Source of the DNA: Eledone cirrhosa
Lineage: Eukaryota
Assembly: GCA_964016885.1 (NCBI GenBank)
Contig: OZ024742.1
Span: 2,356,001 to 2,420,000 of the forward strand
Direction of reading: 5' to 3'
Length of the DNA stretch: 64,000 nucleotides
The translations under genes were made by a program, and so were the position numbers. Shown here piece by piece: positions 1-12,306 of the stretch (its first letter is position 1; the number at the start of each line of letters is the position of its first letter). Under the pieces are notes generated by a model, which ran no database searches, was not told the origin of the DNA, and worked only from the letters and a program-made list of their open reading frames with translations.

Positions 1-196
1 GAGTGCAGGTTTAGGTGGTTTCTTAGTGTTTGTGTAATGTTAAATTAATCTAAGAAAGCTTTTACGGTTTGGGGCAATGAAAGGTCTAGTTTCCATATAT
101 AAATATTTAAATCATGTATCCACATTTACCTACTTCTGTATCTATATACATTCAGACCCATCTATATTTATCTTTATGTTGCTTTTATTTGACCAG

Positions 197-912
197 GTGC
201 AGAATTGACCTGCAGACATCCGGTGGACAGAGTGCTGTAGACATTGCTAAAATCTGGAGCAGAAGTAGAATCGCTTCCATGTTGAGTAATGAGTCATCGT
301 CTTCTCCCAGATCATCGGTTTCTAGTGATAATCTGAAACCGATTGCCGATCAACTGGCCAAGAAACAAAAATATATCGCCTTTAATGTCCTCCAACGTTG
401 TTCAGACAAACGCAAAGACCTCTTGTGGTTGGATACCAAGAAGAAAGACGCTGGCACTGTGTATATTTTATTTTCGGATCTTCAAATCTACGTCTCTCCC
501 GAAAAACAAACAAACGATAGTAAATACCAAAAACACAAACTAATTACAGCAAGTTATAAAGATATCGATTTTTATTTAGAAGAGAACAAATCTTTGACAA
601 TCTTTTTAGGCATAGAACCGCTTCAAACGAAAAATGGTCGCCCCAAGAAAGACCGTGCGTGGTTCGCCATTGATGTATCTACGATGGACAAAGAGAAACT
701 TGAGACGGTCTTACCTAATGGTTACTTTGTATCACCATTCCCTGCTTTCTTGAACTTGAATGAATACGAGAAGTCAATTTTTTCTGAAGCTTGTTCGTTG
801 ATTCTGTGGCACATGGACCATCAGTTCTGCCCCACATGTGGCTACCGGACAACACCGGAAGATGCCGGACTTAAACGAACATGTTCAAACCGTAATTGTT
901 CAAGTCGATCAG
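197..912 (+). CDS. NUDT12: NUDT12-like NADH pyrophosphatase, internal exon (end of ankyrin repeat, NudC-like N-terminal domain, zinc ribbon)
   Basis: Acceptor ttgaccAG|197 and donor 912|GTttgt. Translation CRIDLQTSGGQSAVDIAKIW resembles the NUDT12 ankyrin end. It continues AWFAIDV...WHMDHQFCPTCGYRTTPEDAGLKRTCSNRNC (zf-NADH-PPase CxxC...CxxxxC). Upstream exon(s) lie outside the window. Confidence 0.9.
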
Positions 913-937
913 GTTTGTAAAGAATTTTATATGTGGT

Positions 938-1005
<68 letters not shown>

Positions 1006-1235
1006 AGCCTCACTCTCTCACACACACACAATCGTACATGCGCATATGTCTAAATAGGGAACAGACTTCCCTTTAAACATGTTACATTAAAACACATCTG
1101 CGTTTAAGTTGTATCATTTTTATTCACGATTTTTCATTTCTACCCCCCACCCCGCCCCTCTCGCTCTCTCTCTCTCTCTCTCTTTATCTCTCTCTCTCTC
1201 TATATATATATATATAGAAAGAGATAGATAGAGAG

Positions 1236-1337
1236 AATGGCTTCTACAGGACTAAAACTGTTTCATTCGATGGAAATCATCAGGCTTTCCTGATAATTTC
1301 CTTCGAATGAAACAGTTCTCGTCCTGTAGAAGCCATT
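1236..1337. mobile_element. Palindromic hairpin element with hammerhead-like motifs, in NUDT12 intron
   Basis: ~49-bp arms around loop CTTT (1285-1288). Each arm reads CTGAT(G/A)A...GAAAC...GTC. A related solo copy lies at ~47960-48025. Confidence 0.6.
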
Positions 1338-1439
1338 TCTATATTAAAAATGTATACTCAGCTATGTATTGAGTACCTTACTTACTGTGGTTACTCCCAA
1401 TTAAACCCGGGAACCCCCCCCCCAACACACACACATATA

Positions 1440-1549
1440 CAGGGTGTCCCCCAAAATATATACACACTTCAACAGCATTCTAATGAATATTGTCTGTACA
1501 GGTAAGCAAAGTGTGTATACATTTTTTTTTGGGGGGGGGGGGCACCCTG
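1440..1549. mobile_element. Tc1/mariner-type MITE
   Basis: TIRs CAGGGTGTCCC / GGGCACCCTG flanked by TA. The internal part recurs at ~11246-11301. Confidence 0.75.
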
Positions 1550-1633
1550 TATATATATATACATATATATATATACATATATATTATTGTTGTTAATATT
1601 ATTATTTTCATTATTATTATTGTTATTATTCAG

Positions 1634-1777
1634 GTTTATTAAATACAAATTACCCACGGGTAGATCCAAATGTCGTAATGCTGGTGATTAATTCATCTGG
1701 AACGCACTGTCTCTTAGGACTCAAGAAAAACTTCCCTTCCCTGATGTACTTCTGTGTCTCTGGCTATATAGAACCCG
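1634..1777 (+). CDS. NUDT12: NUDT12-like exon (YPRVDP motif, start of Nudix box)
   Basis: ttcAG|1634 and 1777|GTaaga; phase 1 matches the previous exon. Reads GLLNTNYPRVDPNVVMLVINSSGTHCLLGLKKNFPSLMYFCVSGYIEPG. Confidence 0.92.
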
Positions 1778-1983
1778 GTAAGATATCTTACATATTCTTC
1801 TCCTTCTTTTTCTTCTTGTTTGTTGGAAAACGATCTTTTAATACCTTTGAAATATACATAACGGGATGATGTAATGAAATACACTGATGTTGAATATGTG
1901 ATACGGAACGTATCTTTTCCTTTTCTTTCTTTATATATATATATATATATAAACATGCCTATCTTTCGTACAATTTCCAACAG

Positions 1984-2135
1984 GAGAGTCGATCGAAGAT
2001 GCTTGTACCAGAGAAGTATTGGAACAACTCAATCTAGACGTTATGAAAATCGAATATCATTCCAGCCAGCCATGGCCATATCCAGTTGTACTTCTGGTAG
2101 GCTGTACCGTTCATGTTTTATCTGAAGATGTTAAG
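1984..2135 (+). CDS. NUDT12: NUDT12-like exon (Nudix box, SQPWP motif)
   Basis: aacAG|1984 and 2135|GTaagc. Reads ESIEDACTREVLEQLNLDVMKIEYHSSQPWPYPVVLLVGCTVHVLSEDVK; SQPWPxP is the NADH-pyrophosphatase signature. Confidence 0.92.
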
Positions 2136-2139
2136 GTAA

Positions 2140-2591
2140 GCACAAAACTAAGGAAATTCAATCAATGTAGTCAAATAGTACATATGATCCACTCTGCTTA
2201 AAGACGGAGATCTCAAACGGAGACTGATTTCTGCTAATGTTATATGGAAAAGCAACTCTATCAGATTTTCAACGAAGCTCAAATTATACAAGTCATTGCT
2301 GACTTCGATCCTCTTGTATGGGTGAGAGAATTGGACGCTCACAGTTGGCATAGAACGAAGAATCCAGTCATTCGAGCTCAAATGATTCATAAGGTTGCTA
2401 CGCATCCCATACACGGAGCACAAAACAAGCAACAGAATGATTCTGATGAAATGATAGTTGAAAATAACACTGAAATATTGAGTGTCTGCATAATTAATAC
2501 TTTGTAGATAGCAGCTGTTTTCAGGTTATATAACTGTTATTGAAACACGTGTCAATAAATTCCTTTTACTGAACTGTATCCATTTAAATCC

Positions 2592-2664
<73 letters not shown>

Positions 2665-2843
2665 CGAGCCAGATATTTGGATAACATCCATGAGGTCGGC
2701 TGGTCTCGGTTGGGGATCCAGCAGGATCAGTTGGTGACGGTTGCTTCTGACAGGGGGGACCGCTGGAGGGAGTGTTTGGGAACTAGCCCCCACAGCCCTC
2801 TCAGAAATAAGCAGGCGAAGACGAAGAAGAAGAAGAAGAAGAA

Positions 2844-2875
<32 letters not shown>

Positions 2876-2930
2876 AAAAGAAGAAGAAGAAGAAGAAGAA
2901 GAAGAAGAAGAAGAAGAAGAAGAAAAAGAA
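2140..2930 (+). mobile_element. Decayed RTE-clade LINE fragments with (GAA)n tail
   Basis: ~2280-2430 translates KLYKSLLTSILLYG*ENWTLTVGIERRIQSFELK*FIRLLRIPYTEHKT, an RTE RT C-terminal motif. 2661-2820 (YLDNI...ASDR..WR) is followed by (GAA)n. The two pieces are separated by (TA)n and may be two copies. Confidence 0.7.
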
Positions 2931-3589
2931 ATATATATGTGTGTATTTCATTGAGCACATTGTCTCGTGTTTTGCTTCCCGAAACGTGCAATCTGTCCTC
3001 CCACCGCCCCCCGTCCTTTCCCCCTCCGTACTGTAGATATGTGTTACTTTACACGTGTTTCTTTCCACAAGTATTAACATAATTAGTTTTTATTCCCACA
3101 AGACTTAATTACATCAAGGGAAAAGTTGCAGTCAATTTAACGAAGGCTATAATTAGACGCACGTTTGATGTTAGCAACAACAAATACAACAACAACAACA
3201 ACAATAACAGCAACAGCAACATCATTGAGAACAACAGCAACAACAGCAACAATAACAACACCATCAACAACAATAATAACAACAGTAACCACAATAATGA
3301 TAATTGTTATTATAATTGTTTAACTTAGTCAACGGTGTCCATTCATACATTGAGATTTACAACTAAATGATACTGGGGTGTCTCACAATGTGTTCACATG
3401 TTAACACTTTTATAATTAATTATGTAAAAACACAGGTAGGATTTAAGATGATGTTATTTAGTAAATAAAATCAACCAAACAATAGAAGAAGGCGTATGTG
3501 AGAGTACCCTAGTTTGGCTAAACTATTGCTTGTTAAGGTTCTGGCTTTACATCCACATATGCCCTGGGACTCAAAATTCAATAATAATA

Positions 3590-3950
3590 ATAATGGTTAC
3601 TTATTTAGGCACAAGGCTAGCAATGTTTTAGAGGAGGGGGAGTCGATTAAATCGCAGTCCGTATATTATTGGTACTTTATTTTATCGACCCCTCAAGGAT
3701 GAAAGGCAAAGCATGTTGTCCGACGCCCTACCGACTCAGCCAATCCACCGCCCTGTTTATAATAATTGTTTCTACTTTTGGCACAAGACCAGCAATTACC
3801 CAGTACATTACTGGTACTTTATTTTATCGACCCCGTAAGGATGAAAGGCAAAGTCAACCTCGGCGGGATTTGAACTCAGAACGGCAAGGGCCGTAACTCT
3901 ATGCATCAAAGCATGTCCGACGCTTTACCGACTCAGCCAATCCACCGCCA
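3590..3950 (-). mobile_element. Two tandem tRNA-derived SINE copies (Meta-like central domain)
   Basis: The minus strand reads GTTCTGAGTTCAAATCCCGCCGAGG (B-box) then GCCTTTCATCCTTACGGGGTCGATAAAATAAAGTACCAG. A near-identical copy is at 39268-39455; others are at ~9520-9680 and ~13340-13460. Confidence 0.75.
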
Positions 3951-4030
3951 TGTTTATAATAATGACAATACCATCGAAAGTATTCATCCGAATGTTTATT
4001 CAGACTTTCTATATTTTCTTATTTTGTTAG

Positions 4031-4195
4031 GTTAACGAGGAAGAATTGAAAGACGCCTCTTGGTTCCATTTCTCTGAGGCGGAGTTGATGATTAAAGGAA
4101 AACACGAAGAAGGATACAAAATACCATCGAAACAGACTTTAACTCACCAACTTCTAGATTCCTGGTTAGAAACACACAGAGATGCAGTCGAGTAA
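4031..4195 (+). CDS. NUDT12: NUDT12-like terminal exon
   Basis: ttgttAG|4031, phase 0. Reads VNEEELKDASWFHFSEAELMIKGKHEEGYKIPSKQTLTHQLLDSWLETHRDAVE, stop TAA 4193-4195. Matches the EIEDARWF...IAHQLI C-terminus of the family. Confidence 0.9.
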   Translation, partial: VNEEELKDASWFHFSEAELMIKGKHEEGYKIPSKQTLTHQLLDSWLETHRDAVE

Positions 4196-4426
4196 TGTTA
4201 CGGCCGACATTGCTATGTTATTACTTCCGGTTTGAAAATGTGATATAAAGAAGAAAAGGAAAAATGAGAGAAAGTAAAGAAAGAAAGAAGAGATGAAGAA
4301 AGAGAGAGAGACAGATGGATATAGAGTGAACTTTCTCCCTTCATCTGTGTTGAGATGGCGAAAGACAATATGTGAATCTTAATTTATGTACATACACACA
4401 CACTCAAATTTACACACACACACACA

Positions 4427-4484
<58 letters not shown>

Positions 4485-4988
4485 AAGCATTCGGCTGGAA
4501 ATCGAAGGATGCGGAGTTCGAATCTCCTTAGTGGCTGTTGGCCTTTTTTTCAGTCCCTGAGTATATTTTACCTGATTTTCTAAAGCTACCCTTATTTATA
4601 TCGATCGACTGTGGTTACAATTATTTCCGGTGTTCAGATACCCACATTTCATATATATATATATATGTATGTTTGTATGTATGTATTTATGTACATATAA
4701 AATGCATACATATATAGATGTATCGTATATATGAATTACTCTCTCACACACACATATATATATATATAATTTGTTTGAAGTTGGAACAAGTGTTCTATGG
4801 CTAATAATGGACGTTCAATATGTTACTTAAAGTTTCATATAAGCTCGAGTGAGAGGTGTGTATGTAAAGCCCTATAGTTGGAATAAAATATTTGCAGATG
4901 GTGATTATAAGGGAGATAACACACTATTCGCCCCTCATAATGACCAGAACCTCTATCTAGAGTGAACTTCTCTTACTACACCATTGAG

Positions 4989-5135
4989 TGAAGGCGCATG
5001 GCTTAGTGGTTAGAGCATTGGGCTTGCAATCGAAAGGTTGAGTTCAATTCTCGGACCGAGTGATGTGTTGTTTCCTTGAGCAAGACACTTAATTTCACGT
5101 TGCTCCAGTTTACTCAGCTCTGTAGAAATGAGATG
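4989..5135 (+). mobile_element. tRNA-derived CORE-type SINE
   Basis: A-box TGGCTTAGTGG, B-box GAGTTCAATTC, then CCTTGAGCAAGACACTT. Related copies at ~14085-14180, 38811-38950 and, on the minus strand, ~63880-64000. Confidence 0.75.
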
Positions 5136-5879
5136 ATAGGACTGGGGTCCCTCTCATTAAATCACCCAAGACACCTCCAACGAGATATACCTTGGAGGCC
5201 AGCTAGACCTGCATAGGTGTGAGCTGAAACAACAACAACAACAACACCATTATTTTGTAGCAGTATATTAATTTTCCATTCAGAGTTCTCTACGTTCGGA
5301 AGTGAATTGTTTGCATAACGAACGCAAATATTTAAGAGGAAATCGCTTCCATAGTCAGTGTAACTATTGAAATGTTGTATGATGAATTTTAAACTCGACA
5401 CTTCTACTGTTCTAGTCCAGCTGTAAGGCTTCATATATATAAATCCCGTTCGAGCTTATATGAAGCTTTATCTAACATTTAAAAAAATACAAATAAACCT
5501 TCTTTGTGTTCCGACAAAATATATCCCCCGTCTTTATTTTTCTGGTATAATTTAATCAATGCTAATGTTGCAATCAAAACACAAACAACTAGTCTTCAGA
5601 GATGATGATGATGATGATGATGATGATAATAAAAATAAAAATAATAATAATAACAATAATAATGGCTTCTTAACAATAATAACTTTATGTATAATGTTAT
5701 AATAATGAATTAAGTATGTTATTTAGAACATAGAATGTTCTACTGAAGCTTTTGATATTAAGGTTTAAAATGTAAATAAATTTCGAATAAACTTATTCAT
5801 AATTCACAAAATATCTTCTTTAGATTTTTAAATATTAAACATTTTACAATCTATTAATATATATATATATATATACCAG

Positions 5880-6290
5880 CACCTAGGGATATTGTTATGG
5901 ATTCTTAAGAGTTGGGAAGAAGAGGGAGTGTGTTTTCATCAGAAATCATACCTATCCCGAATGCTTTCAATAATGTGAACTTTGTTCAAGTTACCTAAAG
6001 GTCAGTAACGGTCCTCAACAAACCGCGGGTTAAATCTGTCAATGAAGAATACAAAACGTGAGGTTCCTTCCCTTGGTAAAATATGTAAGTTTGCTCAGGT
6101 GCAGGATTTATACACTTGCCTAAAGGAAGCAACAGAATGAAACAACATATTTACTGCCGAAATACAATTTACATCAGACTTAACAAAGGAAATATTTTTA
6201 TTAACATAACTAGACAATGTTGAAGTATTAAGAAATATGTTGCTCTTTAAGTTATTCCTTACATCACCAGGGTTTAACATTATTGTGTAT
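5880..6290 (-). pseudogene. Possible highly decayed Penelope-like RT fragment
   Basis: Minus-strand peptides ANLHILPR...ESIRDRYDF**K...IHNNIP loosely echo PLE RT motifs (LYxLPK, IRDxxDF, SLYTNIP). Abuts (TA)n. Weak. Confidence 0.25.
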
Positions 6291-6947
6291 GTACCCGTAA
6301 CTTCTGATGGGGTTATAGAGGCACTGTTATGACATACCAGTTTACTATTGGGGGTAAACTCTTCCTCTATATCTCTTTCTCACTTCTACTTTATCATTCT
6401 TCCTATGGGCGTTGTTTTGACATACCAGTTTACTACTGAGATAAACTCTTCCTCTATATCTCTTTCTCACTCTCCCACCTTCTCGGGAAGAAATCAGCTA
6501 TGTTCAGACCTAGAGAGGAGATAATCTCTGCCAGGTTTAGAACTACTCAGGAAACACCGTCTACCACAATGGCACCTCTACGACTCCATCTTACATACAT
6601 GTATTACTCTATTTTATCCATATTGCTCTGTTTTAAGTATCTACACCAATAGATATATATTTCACCCTAACCTTTCATTTCGTCTCTATATGTTGTACTT
6701 TGTCTAGTTCATTCAACCTAAACATAAGCCTGTCCTTGGCCTTATCTCACTTTATCTAATATTATATCACTGACGTTTAGTATATTTATCTTCCTCTCTT
6801 TAAGTTGGCAAGAACACATTTTGTCTAACCTAAATTTCAGAACATTTTCCTTCTGGTGTCTGTGTACTGTGTGTAAAATACCGTTCTAGTTGATTGTTAT
6901 CATTAGTATACAACTTCATGTTATACATACAGACATACATACATATA

Positions 6948-7558
6948 TGGTGGCAGCCAACTCGTTTTCGAGTACGGCCACTACTTTATATCCATGTAGG
7001 AGAACCCCTACCGATGCGCTGAACGAGTGTGACTTTTTAGTCCAGCCAGCGACTTGAAAACTCTGGTACAAACACTACACCTGTGACAATCATTGACACA
7101 TAGTGCTGGGCCCATGGTACCATGTGACGACAAGTGCAGAGAGATCTCCAGATATAAAGCAATGCCTGTGCCGTGAAGCTTTTATAGTGAGTAAAGGCTC
7201 TGCACAAAGCCAGTCCCACTCTCTTAACCAAGATGATATTTACCAAAAAGAAGAACAAGTCAACATCATTGGATACCATCAGAGTTGCAGGTGTTATATC
7301 CGAGTTTTCCTTCACCTAGAATTCTGCCTTGACAAAGGCTAAGGGGTCATCTCTCCCGGTGATTTTGGATGGCCATTGACTCTTAAGAGCTCCTTTGCCC
7401 TTTGACAGGTTTTGTTTTTAGTCCTGCGGGATGTCCAAAGTCACCCTCCTCACCAAGAAACCTTGGTGGGGTTGCCAGTTTAGTCGCCAACGACCCGACC
7501 ATGAGACAGGTTGTACTGGGATACATGTTACCAGTAGCACCAACTGGTGACCTGACAT
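6948..7558 (-). mobile_element. Non-coding RTE-like retroposon (~610 bp), copy 1
   Basis: Near-identical to 12453-13080. The minus-strand 3' end GGCCGTACTCGAAAACGAGTTGGCTGCCACC runs into (TATG)n and resembles a second RTE-like tail at ~7785-7836. Confidence 0.7.
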
Positions 7559-8005
7559 ATATATACATACATATATACATACATATATATATATATACAT
7601 ACCGGCGGCGAAGGGTAACCTGGAAAGCAGAGCATGCAGTCCAATCGCCATGGCAGAAAGTGGGGCTGTGCAGCCTTACCCCCCCTCTAAATGACCCTAC
7701 CAGTCACAGCCGCATGTAGTATTATCTAGTGTGTGTGTGTGTTATCTTTTTATGTGTCTACGATTTAGCAAGCAGCCAAAATACATACATACATACATGA
7801 TGGCTGCCCCCTCGTTATCGAGTATGGCCATTGCACGAGGAGAAAAAAAAAAAATTATAAATAAATAAAAAATAAAATAAAAAAAAAAAAATATATATAT
7901 ATATACATACACACACACACATACATTAATAACAATAATAATAATAATAATAACAACAATAATAATAACGACAACAACAATAATGATATACATATACATA
8001 TATAT

Positions 8006-8962
8006 ACTAGACATGAAAAATGCGCAAGCTCAAAAGTGCCACAGAATGTTATAATAAACCTTCAAAAGTGTGGGACTAGAGTTGTTGCTAAAAAATATTG
8101 TAATCATTATATATCGTACATTCTGTGGCATCCTTTATAAAAATAGCTTAATCCAACGAAGCCTTTATTTTTACGCTATTTCACTTAGTTAATTCTTAGA
8201 GTGTAACATATAAAAATATGATTTACAACTATAAAATAAATTAATTAATATAATAACAGAGCTGCGGAGCTGAAATTTAGGAAATAATGGAGTATCGGAT
8301 CCTGAGTTGGAGCCAGTCAATTTTTGGCCGACTCCGCAGCCCTGTATAATACATTTCATATTAAAGTTATTAATAAACCTATTTTACACTGCATGCAAAT
8401 TACCATGAGATATTGATATTAGATATAAGATACAGCGCAATATCTACAACTGTAAAAGTACGAAAGCGAAGTAATAATAAGTGGCTTAAGGTAATTCAAA
8501 TATGAAAGTTTGTAGTGATAAAAATTTGATAATGCAATAGGATTGTTAATATTATAGTTCTATGCAAATGTAACAATAGATAACTAAATTATTTTACTAT
8601 TAGTATATTTAAGAAATTATCATTATAGATTTGATCGTTCATATAAGCATCATATTAATTTTCAACACAATTATTTTGTTACTATGAGTATATGATAATA
8701 ATATTACGTAATTATTTATAGCTGTTATTACATTAAACATAGATGTATTTATTTTTATATGTTACACTCTAAGAATTAACTAAGTGAAATAGCGTAAAAA
8801 TAAAGGCTTCGTTGGTTTCAGCTATTTTTATAAAGGATGCCACAGAATGTACGATATATAATGATTACAATATTTTTTAGCAACAACTCTAGTCCCACAC
8901 TTTTGAAGGTTTATTATAACATTCTGTGGCACTTTTGAGCTTGCGCATTTTTCATGTCTAGT
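8006..8962. mobile_element. Foldback element with 213-bp terminal inverted repeats
   Basis: 8006-8218 is the near-perfect reverse complement of 8750-8962. The spacer is AT-rich and non-coding. Confidence 0.8.
8257..8344. mobile_element. hAT-type MITE (88 bp)
   Basis: TIRs CAGAGCTGCGGAG / CTCCGCAGCCCTG with 8-bp TSD TATAATAA / TATAATAC. Confidence 0.75.
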
Positions 8963-10151
8963 TTAATATTTTTTTAAGGCAACGCTTGTAATAACTCTAG
9001 TTAAACAGGATATATATTAATAATAAATTATCGTTGTAATGTAATTAGATTATGTAATTGTTATTATAAATTATCTTATAAATATTAGTGTAAGATGTAT
9101 AAAAATATTTTCAGACTTTTAATATAAACAACTACAAAAAACAATCAATATTAAATCAATATATTATACATAATAGAAAACAAAATAAACAATACAAAAA
9201 CAAAATATTTACATACAATTGCAATTATCAGTGTATATACATTTTCTTTATATTCCCTGAGCAAATTAATAAGATTTGTTTTTATTGTACATAATTTGAT
9301 GACTTGTTGGAGTGTATTAAAAGATAGCAACAATTTGTGATTAAATTGTTATCTTAAGCAACTCACTTTTTAATAGTTGTTGGCTGAGCGAAATTGTAAA
9401 AGCCTATGAGCAAATATAAAAAAAAATACACAAACAACATTTCCTTGTGTTATTACAACATTAGATAAAATAATTGAGCAATGTCGTTATATTTTGCTCT
9501 TATTGCACATTAATAGTGTTTCTATTTTTCGGCACAAATCCATTACGGCAGTCCATTACTGGTACTTTATTTTATCGAATTAGTCAGTATGAAAGTCGAA
9601 GTTAACCTCGGCAGGATTTGAACTTAGAATGCAAAGGACCATAACAATACTGCAAAGCATGGTGTCTGACGCTCTACCAATACTTGTGTTGAGCTGGTCA
9701 TTAATTTATGGTGGTCGTGCGTGGAGTAGAGCAATCGCTAGTTGAAATATTATGAACAAAACATTTTTATTTGCCGAAGAACATATTTTCAATACTGTTT
9801 GTGAATGTGACGAAGGAAATACATTCTGATATGGAACAGTGTACAAAGTGTGTCTGTGAATAACATAATGTTACCTCATGTTGTTGTCAAGACATAATGG
9901 ATTTCGTATATCCAGTTAGAAGATGAAACCTAGCCATCTCGGATTAGTTATATTTCATGCCATGTGTAAACGTGTTTGAGGATAGCAAAATATGCGTGTT
10001 TCTTGTCTGGAAACTTTCTGCTAAACTGATTGGTTTCGTTTTTGGCACTATACAATACTCATCCAACAGATAGCTGTATTGGATCCTTGATTGGTTAATA
10101 TTTAGGTGAGGGTGCTTGATGCAGAGTTAGTGCAAAATGAATCAATGAGTG

Positions 10152-10806
10152 TAATAATAATAATGATAATAATAATGAAAATATTGTGTACAATGCTGAG
10201 GTGCACTACAACTCATCAAAAGTGCATATATAATACATAGGGTAATATAAAAACGTCATGAAAAAAGAACAGTGCATGAGTCATGATATACACATATGTG
10301 CATGTGTATGGAAGGGGGACATCAGGTGTAGTTTTGGTGTATTTCGGAATGTATGATGGTTTTAAAGGATGCAGTGTGTCATCAGCTAACAACTGATGCA
10401 GGAAGTTTGTTCCATCCTTCAGCAACTCTGAGCATGAAGAAATATTTCCTAAAGTCATGGGAGCTGTGTTGTTTTCTGACTTTGTAGGCATGTCCACGTG
10501 TTAGACACATGGAGATAAAAAAGGTGTTCGGGGTTGTTGTTGGTCGGATGGTTAATAACTTTGTGGGTGTTTACCAAGTCCATTGCCAGAGGGAAGCAAA
10601 ATATTCAGGGTATGGTAGGTGTCTGATGGAGGGTATGCGCTTGGTTGCATGTCTCTGAACAGTTTCCAGGAGGTCAATGTTCTGAGCAAGATAGGGGTTC
10701 CAGACTGATGACGCGAACTCCAAGTGTATTCGTACCATAGATGTATACAGCTTTAAATAGATGGCTGGAGAGCAGCTAATGAAGGTCTTGCTGATTGATG
10801 CCAAGT
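10152..10806 (-). mobile_element. 5'-truncated CR1/L2-group LINE 3' end
   Basis: Translation LYTSMVRIHLEFASSVWNPYLAQNIDLLETVQRHATKRIP is the CR1-type RT C-terminus. Ends in an (ATT)n tail. Confidence 0.85.
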
Positions 10807-12080
10807 CAATCTTAATAAATTGACTGATTTATCTGTTCACTACTGCTAATCCACCGCTGTTTGTACAATTTTTTAGATAATGTCAATTTGAGCTTGAATC
10901 ATTGGCGTAATGAAATTTGAAAAGATTATAAGCAAATCTTTTTTAAAATACACAGACAACATTTAACTGTATCGTTGTAACATTAGATCTAATAATGGAG
11001 CAACATTTGTGCAGAATTATTGTTTGTGCAATAAGATATTTTTTTTCTCCTATTGTTGATTTAAATTTCATATGTCGATTATTATAGTTGAATTAATAAA
11101 AAAAATTAAATATTACATACAAATAGTTTAACATAATAATAAAAAAAATAATCCAACATAATAATAATAAAATAATTTAACACAAAACAAACAATATAGA
11201 CAAATATACAAGTAAATATGATACAACCAATATTATAAGCATGTTATATACACACTTCAACAGCATTCTAATAACTATTGCCTGTACAGGTAATCAAAGT
11301 GTCAATCGAATGTTAGTTTCGTGTTTTAACAGTACAAATTTACAATACACACATAAAACCAGTGTATATACATACATGAGTGTGTATACACATACATGAA
11401 TGTGTATATACAATATATATGTATATATATATAGACACATATATTCACGGTGCAACGGAACATTAAAATATAGATGCGGGGGGGGGGTGTATATATAGGT
11501 GCGCTGGGGATAAAGGAGTGTACAGCGTAAGTGTGTAATTGATATATTGAAGGACAGGAGCGTGCAGCGATAGAGTAACAAATATATAGAGAGGGGGAGT
11601 GATGGTATTGAAGGGGAGGAGTGCAAAGCGAAAGAGTAAGAGAGATATATATATACAGACGGAACAGATAGAGAGAAACAGGCGTAAGTAACAGTGGAAG
11701 AGATATAGAGAGAGGGGGTAATAAATAAATGGAAATATAAGTGTAACAGTATAAGAGATATATAGAGAGGGGGAAATGTGTTATTGAAGGGGAGGAGTGT
11801 AAAGCGAAAGCGTAAGATATATATATAGAGAGGGGGAATAGTATATATATATATATATATATATATATCAACACTTACTCTGATTGGTTGAAAATTAGCC
11901 AATGACATACGATCACCACCACCACGGCTATCCCCGGAAAATTTATGAAGAAGTTACCCATATATGTTAGAACACGAAAAGTGAACATTCTGTTGTTTCA
12001 CACTTTTCGTGTTCTAACAGATACACATACACGCACACACATAAGCATATCTACACACACACACACACAGACGATAGTAA

Positions 12081-12306
12081 CTAACAGCGCTGCGATCGAA
12101 TGTGGATTTTTAGCCCAGCCAATGATCTAAAATGTCTTGCACAGAGTCGGCAACCAAAACATTCACTGGGAATAGTCGGCTGTGGTTGGAGTTCGTGTAC
12201 TTTTGCATGTCGCTTGAGCCCTCCTGCTGATTTACATTCTCTACCACATGTTTGGCAAGCATGATGAGTAGCATCTCCAACAGCAGCCTGGTAGTTAACC
12301 ACTGGT

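Noticed and set aside
114-196. N-terminal 28 codons of the 268-aa ORF
   Set aside because: Intron read-through. Similarity to NUDT12 begins at the AG acceptor at 195-196.
4485-4550. tRNA gene candidate (GAGTTCGAATCTC)
   Set aside because: Only a B-box/T-arm-like piece with no full cloverleaf; a SINE-head remnant.
7037-7342. ORFs of 79-92 aa conserved between the two retroposon copies
   Set aside because: Conservation reflects recent duplication of the element; no recognisable domain.
8765-8800. Hammerhead-like CTCTAAGA...GAAATAGCGTA in the foldback arm
   Set aside because: Lacks a CTGA core and a convincing stem I.
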